Source of the DNA: Seison nebaliae
Taxonomy: Eukaryota
Length of the DNA stretch: 38,190 nucleotides
Reading direction: 5' to 3'
NCBI GenBank assembly: GCA_023231475.1
Contig: JALJEE010002836.1
Coordinates: 1-38,190, forward strand
Shown: positions 9,998 through 22,000 of the stretch, in pieces
How the letters are laid out: the number at the start of each line of letters is the position of its first letter
Numbering within the stretch: position 1 is the first letter of the stretch
The notes under the pieces: model-generated
The model's input: the letters and a program-made list of their open reading frames with translations, nothing else
The model's database searches: none
Told to the model about the DNA's origin: nothing
Made by a program: the position numbers and the translations under genes

Positions 9998-11337
9998 ACA
10001 GAAGAAAGAAATGGAAAAAAGTTAAAATTTTAAATATTATTGTAGAATACGCTAATAAATATTTTTCTATTTCAGAAAATGGGAAATCGATCGATACTCA
10101 GTTCAATTCTCAGTTCTTAATCTTAATTTCATTTCATAATTTTTAAATAAAATTGTTTCCCAAAAATTTTCTTATATCTCTCATAAATTGTTCAAAATTA
10201 AATTATCATAATAAAGATATTTAATAAGACGATTGAAGTATAAAAATTAATATTATTAACAAAATTTGTACTAAATTATTTGAGAAGGCAATGAATAAAT
10301 TCTGTAAATGTTCGAAAATTATTAATATATACAATTATCGATGATTTATTTAGATGGTATATAAAGTGGGACGTTAGTTCTCTTTCGTTAGAATATAATT
10401 AAAATTGTTAGAACCTTGTCGAAATGTTGTTGAATTACTGATAAGTTCATCATCTAACCTAAGAAGGATTCTTCATTATCTATGTTTGAGAAAGAATACA
10501 TAGTTACTTAAGAAACATGAAATATTTGAACCAAAACTATTGAACAGATCACCTAAATGGCTTTTGGGTGAATTACTAAACGAACCATCATACAATGACT
10601 TTTCTTCTAAAATGAATTTATACAAATTCGTATATTATATGATGAACTTGAATGAATTGATGTTTTATTTAAACCTCGTTTTTGTGAATCGATCGAAAAA
10701 TCTTAAAAAATTAATGGAGTTTATGTAAATTAATAAAATGAAACTTGTAAAATCACGTCCCACTAGTCGTGACTTTCCATTTATTGGATTAGTGACAACT
10801 TCATCATCTAACAAGGATTCTTCTGCTTCTATAATTGAGAACAACAATTATGATAAGAATTATTAATAAGTCTAATAATAACTTTTGTTATTAGCCATTT
10901 TTTGTTTCTTTTTTATGGTACGAACTTCCTTGCTATTTTGTAATGTAATCATTGCATTCATGACTGCAATCAGTGGTTTTTTCTTTAAACTTTTATTTAC
11001 AAAAGTACCTGAAAAAAAGTTCCAAATCAAAATTTTTCGATAACATTAACCAATATAATCCTTCCCTTCTATAGTGATCTTGTACTGGTATCATTAATGA
11101 TAATTTCATCTTAAAAAATTGAATATTAGTTTAAAAATTGTAAGTTACCTTTGGAAAATGCCTCAATTTCCATTAAAAGATTAAGATTTTAGAGTAGTAA
11201 TTAATATTAAATTAATTATAATTTTATAATGTCACCATTATATCCTATCTGCCTGATTAACTCAAAAACCATATTGCGATAGGTAAGAATTTTATTTTAA
11301 ATAACTCCTTTAAAAAGTTATCTTTCCCGAAAAAGTT

Positions 11338-11740
11338 TTCCGAAGCATATTGTGAATTTCGGAGAACCGAGAAGCCAATTCTTCCTCTCTCTCAATTCCT
11401 CTTTTCTGTTCCTCAAACAATCGACTTTGATTTTCTAGAACTGGTTTCATATCCCGCAAGTAGACCTCCTGATTATTGACGATAATATCCAACGAATTCT
11501 GAATCTCTTCGAGAGTCAACGATTCTTTCTTCCCCAATGTTTCTTTCAGGTTGATAATGCCACTGACGAGCTGACTATTCGCCACTCTGGCAGATCTAGA
11601 ACTGGATCGATCTCTTTCTGTGACATTACGCTTTGAGGGCTTTCAATAGACTGTTCTCTATCTTCTCTAGAGCAGTCACCATTTCATCAGAGTTAGATAA
11701 CTGGACAGGGACGATTAAGTCGGAATCCTTCGAGGACATT
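11338..11740 (-). mobile_element. Second copy of the LINE ORF1 5' region (homologous to about 3083-3492)
   Basis: Clear nucleotide similarity. Protein IQNSLDIIVNNQEVYLRDMKPVLENQ...SRFSE aligns with IQKSLDIIVNNQVAYVRDMKEVLDNQ...SRFSE. Confidence 0.85.
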
Positions 11741-11899
11741 TTCGAGACCAAGTGTAAAAATCGATATAAATGTTAAAAAGTGACTTCGTATTAGTGAATA
11801 ACTTCGATCCGCAGACTAACAACAACTTTTACTTGTAAGTCAACCGACATCGCATCACTTCTCGCGGAATCTGATCTGAGTTTATCTAAGTTATAGCGA

Positions 11900-12807
11900 A
11901 TGAGAAGCAAGAAACTCGACGATTCTCCCAACATGCCGCTTTCGTTCATCATTCGGTTTACTGCTGACAATTTTAATAAATTTCTGGATCCCGTTCTTTA
12001 GCCGGAAAGAACACATATCCGTCCATTCTTTTTCTCTTCATTCTAACCGTTACAGACATCTGTGATTTCGGTAGATGTTCCATTTCCTTCTGTATAGAGA
12101 ACACAATTTTCTACAACGTCTACGTTTTTTCGAATGCGTAGATCATCGTAAACGCGAACACTCGATTTCTTTCATAATCGCTGGTGACTTCAATACAGAC
12201 GCAACTCGAAGAAGTCATCTTCATTCATCCACGAACGCCTCTCTTTCTTCTTTTCCATCGTCTTCCTGGTCGACGTACTACTGTTACCAGATGATTCTTA
12301 CACTTTCTCTTCATCTGTAGGCTCATCCTGGATCGATCATATCATCGCCTCCTCGTCTCTTCAATCATCCATTTTTAACTGTTTCATCCTTCACAGTACA
12401 CAACCGGCGTTCCTGTCAGATCACGGTCCCAGACGCATTTCCGCGTCCTAGACAACTTTTCTTCATCGGGGCTCTTCCCCGATATCTCATCTTTCATTCA
12501 ACGCTGTATCACATCGAATCATTCCACCTTTTCTCACACCATCGTATATTCGATAAACCACTCACCTCTTTCTACCGAACTTTATGAGTTCATCTTCTCG
12601 TTCTCATCAGTGTCTTGGTTACTTGATGAACAGGTACCCACCTTAAATTCTGCCAAGACCCTGATAGAAACAAATCAGGCTAGCGCTCCGAGGATTCTCC
12701 TCGAGAGTGCCGTTTGAATTGTCAATGTATAGGAATTTACAGATTTATTTTATATATTTTTTTCTTTCTTTCTTTCCTTCTTTAAATAAATAATAATAAA
12801 AAAAAAA
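11900..12807 (+). mobile_element. Heavily deleted LINE ORF2 remnant with poly(A) tail
   Basis: APE motif FIIAGDFNT (about 12171-12197), GVP- and CLGY-like RT scraps, and a C-terminal LNSAKTLI...VPF resembling DQAKTLI...LPF of the first LINE. The tail AATAAATAATAATAAAAAAAAAA ends at 12807. The left boundary is approximate. Confidence 0.6.
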
Positions 12808-13296
12808 TCAATAATTTTAAAATTAGTTGAACATTTTAGAAATTTTTGAAGATGAAATGATATTCATTCGAAAGGGCATAAAATTCTCGTTAATTTTAAA
12901 CGAACAGAAACCCCTTAAATTCTCACATTTGTGTTCAATTCTCATTTTTTTACCGGGTGAATGTAACTGCACCGGATTAAGTTATTTGATCATTATTCTT
13001 TCGTAATGATCATTAATCTATCACGTCTTATATTTGAAGATTGTAATAATTCGAACAGGATTTCGATACGCCGAAAAAAGTTCGAATAAAAAATACATAA
13101 ACAAAACCGAAATATATAAATTTTTCCGTTAAGACATATATTTATTCATGTAACATACTGTACTGTATATTTATATTGTAATTTAATTAATTTAATTAAA
13201 ATATTAAATGTTCAATGCCATGAAAGATATATAAAGAAAAACGGAAAACTGAAGAAACATTACGCGTTTATAATTTTAGTTCGTTTCAGTTTTCTT

Positions 13297-14561
13297 ATGT
13301 TAGGTCATATTATTATTTGTTTGTATTGGTGTGTCTATGTGCAAGGAATTGTTTTAGTTGATCTTCCATCAGAATATGTAACAGCATGGGATCCTTCTGG
13401 TTTATGTGACCAATTTTTTCACTCTCATAAAGGTATTACGAACGATGGGAAATACGAAATGCATGGACTACTTGGTGAGGGAAGTTTCGGTAAAATTTAC
13501 AAACTTGAAAGAAAAGAACCACCGGCGTTTTTCGCTATCAAATGTTTGTGTGTTTTTGTTAGATTCGTAAAATGTTTTCTGTAAGTTTCTGAGTCCTTGT
13601 CAAATATCGTGGGTGATTACGAAGCGTCACAAGCTTTAAATCGAGCACAGAATGCAAGTGAACAAGAACTTCTCCATCTGTATCCCCCTTTATTAATTGT
13701 TCAATATGGTTTAACCCAGTTTATAACAGGAACATATGGTTTGTCCAGTTATTTTAAAGAAATAAACTAATTCCATCAACAGGTGGCAAATCAGTCAATC
13801 TTAGACAGACAAGTGGTTGCGCATTAATGAATATACATGAAACTCAGGAGCTTCTTAGTGATGCCATTCATAATGACATTGAAGATCATTATTGGTATAA
13901 CGCGAATGATCATTTCCAACAGATGCTTTCATTGCTGGAAATATTTAAAGTTCTTCATATGAGTAAATCTGAATATTCATATATGCTTCCAAAAGAGAAT
14001 CCTCATAACATCCTTCTTAAAGGTAATTTTACATTAAGTCATTGTGATCCACATCTCTCCAACATTTTATATCAGCGTACTGAAAACCAGAAGAGCCTTC
14101 TTACATTATTCGACTTCTCATATCCTCATTTCGAAGTTACCACTCGATTCGGTGTACGAATTATGGAATATAATGCTGAAATAAAGGCATTTAACTATCC
14201 TCAATATCAGGTGCTCTGGAGAGCTGCTTTGAGTATTTGTCAGAGGATAGATTTATGTCAAACCACATTATACTTCCTTTATTCATTGCTTAGGAAATAT
14301 ATGTTCATTACAGAAGATATTTCAACGGACGAAAGATTCGGATTCTACGCGAAAAAATGGCTCCGTGCCAATCCTGCAGAAATCACAGAAAGTGATCCAC
14401 ATTTTTGGAAACGATTTCCTGCAATGCAATATGGTATAATTCGTTATCATTATGGTGCGCTTTTGGCACCGTTGCTGAATACTTGTTCAAATACTACCGT
14501 TTATTATAAAGATGTTTATTTTCCGCTCAACTACCTTTTATGGGATGTTACATCAGATTAA
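13297..14561 (+). CDS. Signal-peptide-bearing protein-kinase-like protein, paralogue A (~392 aa; exons 13297-13543, 13586-13738, 13783-14561)
   Basis: Hydrophobic N-terminus MLGHIIICLYWCVYVQG, then LGEGSFGKIY, FAIK, HCDPHLSNIL, LFDFS. Two GT-AG introns (42 and 44 nt) keep the frame. TATA-like TATATAAA at 13228-13235. Confidence 0.8.
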
Positions 14562-14899
14562 ACCCAACATCTTGTCCTATTATCTTAATTATATAGAATT
14601 TTCTTGAACTTCATCAATATTAGTCTTTTATCAATGTTTAAATTAAAATACACAACGTTTGCTATATTTATTGGATTTGACATTTAAATCATTTAATTTC
14701 ATTATTCTAACAAGTAAGAATTGGTAAGTAACTTCAAATTCGAAAAGAATTTAATCGGAAAAAAAGAGAATATAAAAATGTTAAATAGAAAGTACCAAAA
14801 ACTATTTTTCTTTTCTATCATATTTAGAAGTTAAGAGACCAACCGAAATTGTAGTGAAAAAAAAACTTTAGTTAATTTTTGTTATTTTGGTTTATTCTT

Positions 14900-16253
14900 A
14901 TGTTTTTTATTTCAATTTACTTACTCTGTACCACAATCACTAAAATATATGCAATCTTCTCATTGACTGAAAGTCCGCCTGAATGGCAGTCATCTTATGA
15001 TCCGTCGTTGATTTGTCGAACATTCTACGAACGACAAAAAGGTGTAACACCAGACGGACGTTTTCGTATACTTGGACGATTAGGAAGTGGAATTGAAGGT
15101 GCAACATATAAATTACTTGACACGAATAATGATAGGGAATATGCATTAAAAGGTTAAATAATTTCTCTAAAATTTCTGTCTTTTATTCTCTTTAGTGGCA
15201 CAAGGTCTGGGAGGATTAGTTGCCGATGTGCAAGCGACAAGAGCCATAAATTATCTAATTCCTACCGAGAGGAATATTCGTTACAAATTATATGGTCCTC
15301 GTCAAGTGATGAGATATGGTGAGCCGACATTTAAAGGGAAACAATTCAGTTAATTTCATCCAAAAATTCTTATAAACTTTAATTCTTTCAGATGATACAA
15401 CCGTTCCTGTAATGACTCAACGCGGTTGTTCCTTCATGCATCTTCATCCATCACCCGAGACGGTTTTTAAAGCGCTGAAAAAAACGGAAGTGAAGCACAC
15501 GTGGAAATGTTGGAACAATAAACCGGTGGACACCCATTGGCATAGAAGTGGAAACCATATCGCTAATTGGTTAGCGATCCTCTCAATGATGCAAGTTCTC
15601 CATTTCACCAAATCGGGATATTCCTGGAGTTTCGCAGAAGACAACCCCGAAAAAGTTCTCTTTTCTATTAACAAACATCAATCACAGTTTTTGGATAGAT
15701 GTTACAAGCTGGCACTTTCACCTTATCCCATTGTGATATTCACATGGAGAATATGTTATATAATCGACAAGATGACACACATAATTTTTTCACTTTATAC
15801 GATTTTGGTCAACCGTTCTGGATAGCGTCTACCGTTAATCAAGTAGAAATGCTTCGATATAACATGCAAATGGATGCGTTCGATCGGAAGAACGATGATC
15901 AGACGTATCGAGTGAAAAAGCAAGCACTTCTCAATTATTGTCAACATACCGATCTGTGTCAAATTGGTCTCCATTTACTTTATAGTCTGTTGTTGGATCA
16001 CAGATTGATTGAATCGAATAGTAATTTCAATAAGGAAGGTCTCGCAGGAAATATGAAGATCGCATTGATGGAAATACGAATGGCACCATTCTACGACGGA
16101 TATTGGAAACATTTCCCGGGAATGCAATATAAAATAATTAGGGACAGTTATGGGTTTCTGTTACGACCATTGTTGAATGCTTGTAATCCATCCTTTGCAC
16201 CTTACAAAGATATTTACGGAGAAATTGCGAAATATACAAATGATTTTGAATGA
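14900..16253 (+). CDS. Signal-peptide-bearing protein-kinase-like protein, paralogue B (~407 aa; exons 14900-15152, 15196-15348, 15392-15654, 15699-16253)
   Basis: Hydrophobic N-terminus MFFISIYLLCTTITKIYA, then LGSGIEGATY, YALK, HCDIHMENML, LYDFG. It is colinear with paralogue A, including an exon 2 of the same length (153 nt) and the C-terminal WK.FP.MQY.IIR..YG.LL.PLLN.C. Confidence 0.8.
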
Positions 16254-16385
16254 AAACAAAATATTCTTCTACAATTCATTCTTTAGTAGCAGATAAACGA
16301 AATAAATTAACATTCTTCGTTTTGAAACTGATTTGTTTATATTTGTAAATCAATTTTCCACAGAATATATTTAAGAAGAACAACG

Positions 16386-17499
16386 ATGTCTGAGAACAAC
16401 GAAATAAGTTCATCAGATAGTTTCACTTACTGTTAGTTCACGTCAATTCAAAAAAAAATTGATGTTGCGGTTAATAAAAAATTAAGATATAATCCGAAAA
16501 AATGGTCTATAAAGACGAACTAACACAAATTGAAAGACAGAAAAAAAATGTCGTTTTGCATTAGTTATTCTTCCAAGTAAATATTAGTTCTTCTAAAAAA
16601 AATTTTCGCAATGATTCGCAAATAGTATCCAACAATTTAATCACAGTATTGATCTCTACGAGTTTAGTTGCTCCCTTGATAGTGGAAAATGGAATTTTCA
16701 AAGAATTGTTAGAGAAAGAATTTTCAAAGAAAGGATTGGAATTACCGAGTCGAAGAAGCATTATGGAAACGCACGTTGTGAACTTGAATAATAATTTTGT
16801 GGACGATCTAACTGAAATATCGAAGGACAGAAAACTGTCGATTACCAGTGATTGTTGGAGTCACATTCGTTCAAGATTCTTAGCTTTTTCAGTTAGAACG
16901 TTGGATATCGAAGAACATGTCATGAAATGTTGTGCCGACGTCATTCCGTTAAATATTTCCCATACAGCGGAGAACATTAGTGAAAAAATTGAAGATCTAC
17001 GGGAAAAATATGGCGTTTATCGATATTAATTGATAATCTGCCATCCAAATCGAATATAGAAGAGTTATTGGAAATATTTTTTCCAATATATCAAATGAAC
17101 ATGGAAACAATGAAGGATGACATTTTTTCAGCTTTGGAAAACATTTTTTTCATCAAATGTTGTTTGGAAGATAATAAGAAAACTATGAAAAATGATTGTT
17201 TAGTCGAATTCTTTGACCAATTCATCAATGAATTAGATATACGATTTGCAACATTTTTCAAACATCCATTATTTTCAGTTGCCACATCCTTGTATCCCGA
17301 TTGCGGAGAGAAATTTATAGTACAGAACATCGAGAAAGATATCGATATTGAGGAAATAATAGAAGATTCCATGAAATTAGTGGGAATCGATGTAATCTCA
17401 GACAACAGAGAAGAAGAATCTATATCCGAAGAAGACAAGTTGTTTAAAAGAAGAATAAGAAAAAAAATATATAAAGGTAAACGCCGAAAATACATATAA
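16386..17499 (+). mobile_element. hAT-superfamily transposase remnant, frameshifted and deleted
   Basis: LPSRRSI, LSITSDCWS (catalytic D motif), FLAFSV, SHTAENI, and ELDIRF...SVATSLYP. The C-terminal dimerisation domain is not seen. Confidence 0.8.
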
Positions 17500-17745
17500 A
17501 TTTGTATAAAAAGGTGGCGAAAACGCCGAAAATACATATAAATTAGTATAAAAGGGTGGCGAAAACACCGAATATATACCTGCAGGGTGGCGAACTGTCC
17601 ATTTTAAGAAAATAAAGCTCAGATTTGTATAATAGGGTGGCGAAAACACCAAAAATACATAAGTAGGATGGCGAACTGTCCATTATTAAGGTGGCGAACT
17701 GTCCGAATGAGAGTGGGAAAAAAGGTGGCGAAAACACCGGGATTC
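17480..17745. repeat. Array of GGTGGCGAAAACACC / GGTGGCGAACTGTCC motifs (~41-nt units), likely a subterminal arm of a DNA transposon or MITE
   Basis: About seven GG/GATGGCGAA cores. The first units AAACGCCGAAAATACATATAAATT.GTATAAAA.GGTGGCGA are nearly identical. Confidence 0.75.
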
Positions 17746-17846
17746 AAAAAATGGTGGTTAGTGAAAAACAGTCATAAGATTAATATAAATTGATGAGATA
17801 AACTGTAAGTAAATCCTTTATATTCGAAGGGGTATGTCATGATAAG

Positions 17847-18619
17847 TTATGGACGATATATAAAGAAACATACAACGCACACCCATAGATCTCTTAAAGT
17901 GAATTTGTATTCGACTCTTTTATCAGATTCCAATGACCAGAGACAACGACTACCGAACCGTATAAGTTGAGACTTCACCTCGCCAACTGACACGATGAAA
18001 ACTATTTTGTATCTGTCATCGATTTTTGGTGTGATAAATTCTTTTAATAACGAAATACATTCGATTGCTCGTGAAGGTGAATCAGTTGAATTGTATCGTC
18101 GTCCTGTTGATGATTATGATGAATAAGAAAAGATAAAAGACGAATGAAACCTGCGAATTGAATACCGACCGCTTTTACGATATCATCAAATATTGATCCC
18201 AATCTGAGGTCCCATCCAGAAACGATTTGGTACGTATTCTGTAATTTCAAATTAGGTCTGTTCAATATATCATCTTCATTCGGTTGATGATAATACGTGA
18301 GATCGAAACGTCCGGTATCGCTCGTACGTTCATCTTGATTATCACGGTTGTCGATGTATCGTTTAGGTCGTGATCGAACTTTGGCTATCGTCTTCGCAAA
18401 ATTGACTAATGCAGGTGGCGTTGGAGGACGTCGAAGTATTTCATCTTCTCCAATTTGTCCCTCATTGTCGCTCAGGGAGCCGTCTTCCGTTCCTTCTTCG
18501 GTTTCTGATTCGTTTGATGGAATAGTCTGATTGTTCACCGCTAAACATTCAATCGGAGTAATTTATGATGATAAATGAGAGATTGAAGAGAAACTTTCAG
18601 TGCCTTTCGCTTTCGACAT
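17847..18619 (-). CDS. Tctex1-domain dynein light chain (TCTEX1D/TCTE3-like) with acidic N-terminal extension; exons 18619-18595, 18540-18151, 18103-17847
   Basis: The spliced product contains LQNTYQI...GRRY...DRYKIVFIVSVGEVKSQLIRFGSRCLWSLESDKRVEYKF...LWVCVVCFFIYRP*, the Tctex-1 signature. The last exon is missing from the ORF track. Confidence 0.85.
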
Positions 18620-19021
18620 TTCGTTTTGGTGTTTGGTAGAAGGAAAACTAGAGAATTGAGCGGGATCTGATTATTAATTGGTAGTAGGAATAGAGAGAAG
18701 TGAATTTAGTGGGAGAAATTTATTAATATTGTTAATAAAAATTTAATAGATGATTTTATTGGAATTGAATTGTTTAATAAAAACCAACAGTTGAATATGA
18801 GACTGATGGAGAGGAGGGAGAGAAGACGATGATTTAATTTTATTTCGCAAAGAAGAAAAAAATGTCGAAGATTTCTTATGACATTACATTGTTTAATGGA
18901 ATTGATTACAATTTGATGAGCGGAAAAAAGAATAAAATTAGAATTTGATACGGAAAAAAATATATAAATTTTTGGTACGACGACCTGTGCCTGTAAGTGA
19001 GAGTGGAAATGAAAATGATGG

Positions 19022-22000
19022 TTAATCGTTCGACGGTGCCAATAAACATTGCCTCGTCTCCAATTCACTTTCGCTGATGATAGATGGTTCGTCCGCGTAT
19101 TTAATGGAACTGTCACGCGACTGAAATGTCTGACTGCAGTTTTCACTTGAATCTTCTAGGATTGACTGAAAATGAAGAGATTTATCTGTAGTATCAGAAC
19201 AGTTCAATGGAATTTGTTCTCCTCCGTTACTTTCCATTCTCTTATTCATGTTGTTGTTGTTATTATTGTTGTTCTATCGATGAAAGTAGAAAGAATAGAT
19301 AAGGAATTTCGAAAACTTTATGTAATGTTCGATTTTGGTCGTAAGTGTTTGTTGTTAATTTCCTGGATGTCGCTTTACTATCCAACTTGTTGATGATCCA
19401 ACTTGGAATGAAAGAATAATGTCTTGCTTTCTTCCCTAAATCATCTCGCACCTTAAAGAGAGTAATAAAAATCATAATTGAATTCATAATAGAAAGTAGA
19501 ATTTAATAGAAAGTTGGAATTAAACTCGTTCGCTCAACACGCAGTAGAAGATGAAGATGAAAAATCCTTGTAAACTGTTGAAGATGGCGAATAGATACTG
19601 GAATGCAATCGTATGTTTTTTGTTGATGTGGAAATATCCGAATATCCAAGTGAGACCCAATAATGCACCTAAGACGAATGCACCCCGAATAAAACTGATT
19701 GTTAGTCGAGTTCGTTCTATGAACACATCGATTTGAGTATTGCCAAAACTCGGTTTGTTCTTTCGAATGTAATATAATGGCTTCGACATATGTTGGAACA
19801 TGCGATACATTGCTGTCAATAAGAAACAAGTATTTATCTTAATGAAAGTGAAAGAAGTATGAAAATAATTTTATTAGGAACTAAAACACTAACGACAATT
19901 ATGATGGCGACTGGTAAGATGAAGAAGTAGATGACGCCATATTTACTTGACATCCAACAACTTGAAACAAACATTAGTCTATCAATTCTTTCCCTTAAAA
20001 AAATCTAACTAATCGGCATGTAAATAATTCTTTCGGTAGACACTCAATGATGGTAGTACAAGAGCAGCAGGTAAACCTGTTCGAACGGTAAGAGATAGTA
20101 GTGGAGAGAAGAAGAATTAACAGTAAGCACTTAAATAATAGAATAAGCGATAAGATTGCTCTTGTTCGAAGACGAGAACCATAAAGAAGTAGATTTGGAT
20201 ACCTTCCGCCAACATCCACATCCATGCTGCAAGAAAGAAGAAATGTAACGACGCCGCTACAATCATACAAATGGACTGATAGAGGAATTATTAATAATAA
20301 TTTTTTATTCATCGTCTAAAAAGACAAACATCGTTCTGACGTTGATTGATACCGCAAACGAATATGAGAGTAGCAATTAATAAACAACCCACAAAATTCC
20401 GATGAATGACCAATCGATCTTGATGTCCTGAATGACTGTAAATAAAGTGAGAGAATAATTGATAGAAATAGTTTCAAATTATTAACCTTCCAAAAATGAA
20501 TATAATGAGTGACAAAGTGAGACATATGATAGAGATGGAACATCCGATATATGTGATGATTTCCAATGCGAATTTATCTTGTTCCGAAATCTAAGACGGA
20601 TTAGAACATTTGAAGGAAAATTTTTGGGAACCTCCACATCTAAAAAGTTCATGAGAACAGCGAAATGTGTAAGATGATTACATTCACAGACGACATATTC
20701 AGAATTGGTCGTATTTTGGAGTTGGCAGCCATCTTGTTTCCATTCCAGTGTTGTCTCATTACCTATCTTATCCATATGCAGATAACTACATATATAACGT
20801 GCGACGGTTTCATTCGAAATATTCATCGATGTAGTTAACTGAAATAATGTGAGATTATAATGGGAAATGTTGGAGAAGAGAAATGATAGAGACATTCTTC
20901 ACCGGAATCGAAAATTTAATACGCTGCCGTTTTTCCACGTCCTGATAATCGTTGATATTAATCGACAATACATCCGAAACAATCTGGAACGACGACTCAT
21001 TCTTCATCGTTTCATTCAACGACTTGTCTTCAACATGTTTCGTCGAAATGATTTCTTGGAAGTTATGGAACATCTCCGGATAAGTGATGACAACGAGATC
21101 AGTATAATTATCATCAGAAAGTGAATCGAATTCTAAATATGTTTTCATTGAATCGTTTGGAGATTGATAAGAGAATTGATTGATTGTCTGATCGAAATAT
21201 CGCTTCGTTGATAAAACGAATTGATCTTTGGAAATCATATGAGTCTCTGACGAATTTCCTGATCTGAATTTTCCATATAAATTCCCAATATCTTCTACCG
21301 ACGTCAAAATATTATGAAATGAATTAATTTTATTCGATTCTGACATATTCCTCCACGAGAGCAAATTGTCCGTACTGACCATATCATCTACCACTCCCAA
21401 TATTGTTTCAGTTATAGATTGAATTTCCGTGGTAGTGAAATAAGTTCGTTGGAGAATTCCGTCAAGTCGACTACGTAGATTAGACATTTGATTTTCAATC
21501 CTCCCAGGTATTTTAAATTGGTCGATATCTAATTCAATTTTATTTTTATTACGTAGTTCGTTTGTTAATCTTCTGTCATTCTTGCACAATTCAACATCCG
21601 TCAAATTGAACGACCACATAACAGAGACGAGACATTTGGCTTTGAAAATGACTGGAAAGGAAATAATTGAGGAATAAATGGCCAAAATCAATTAACAATT
21701 ATAGTTATCACCACATTTCAGATTGAATCGATGACCGATTAGTGTTTTGGGAAGTTGTAAAGTTTCATTGTCGATTTGTCCGAGGAAAAGTGAAGGACAA
21801 AAAACAGACTAAAAATATGAAAGAAATTCTTTCGATAAAAAACAAACATTTCTGGTGACACATTCCGGCTGATCCGATAACTTATTCCATTTTCCTTCTT
21901 CACACTTATATATGATCTTGCTATCGGTTGAGAAGTTGTCTATAAAATAATGAAAAATGGAAAAGGAAATGATTAAAGGTGGAAACTATATCTACAGATG

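Noticed and set aside
9549..10000. Telomerase RNA (P6.1-like CACTTGGGTG, terminal ACA at 9998-10000)
   Set aside because: No convincing 1.5-repeat template and no well-placed H box. Kept only as a secondary alternative.
17480..17745. CRISPR-like repeat-spacer array
   Set aside because: Eukaryotic context, intervening sequences are themselves repetitive, and there are no cas genes.
5845..18619. Functional clustering of ATMIN with a dynein light chain
   Set aside because: ATMIN regulates and binds LC8/DYNLL, not Tctex-type chains. The proximity is probably coincidental.
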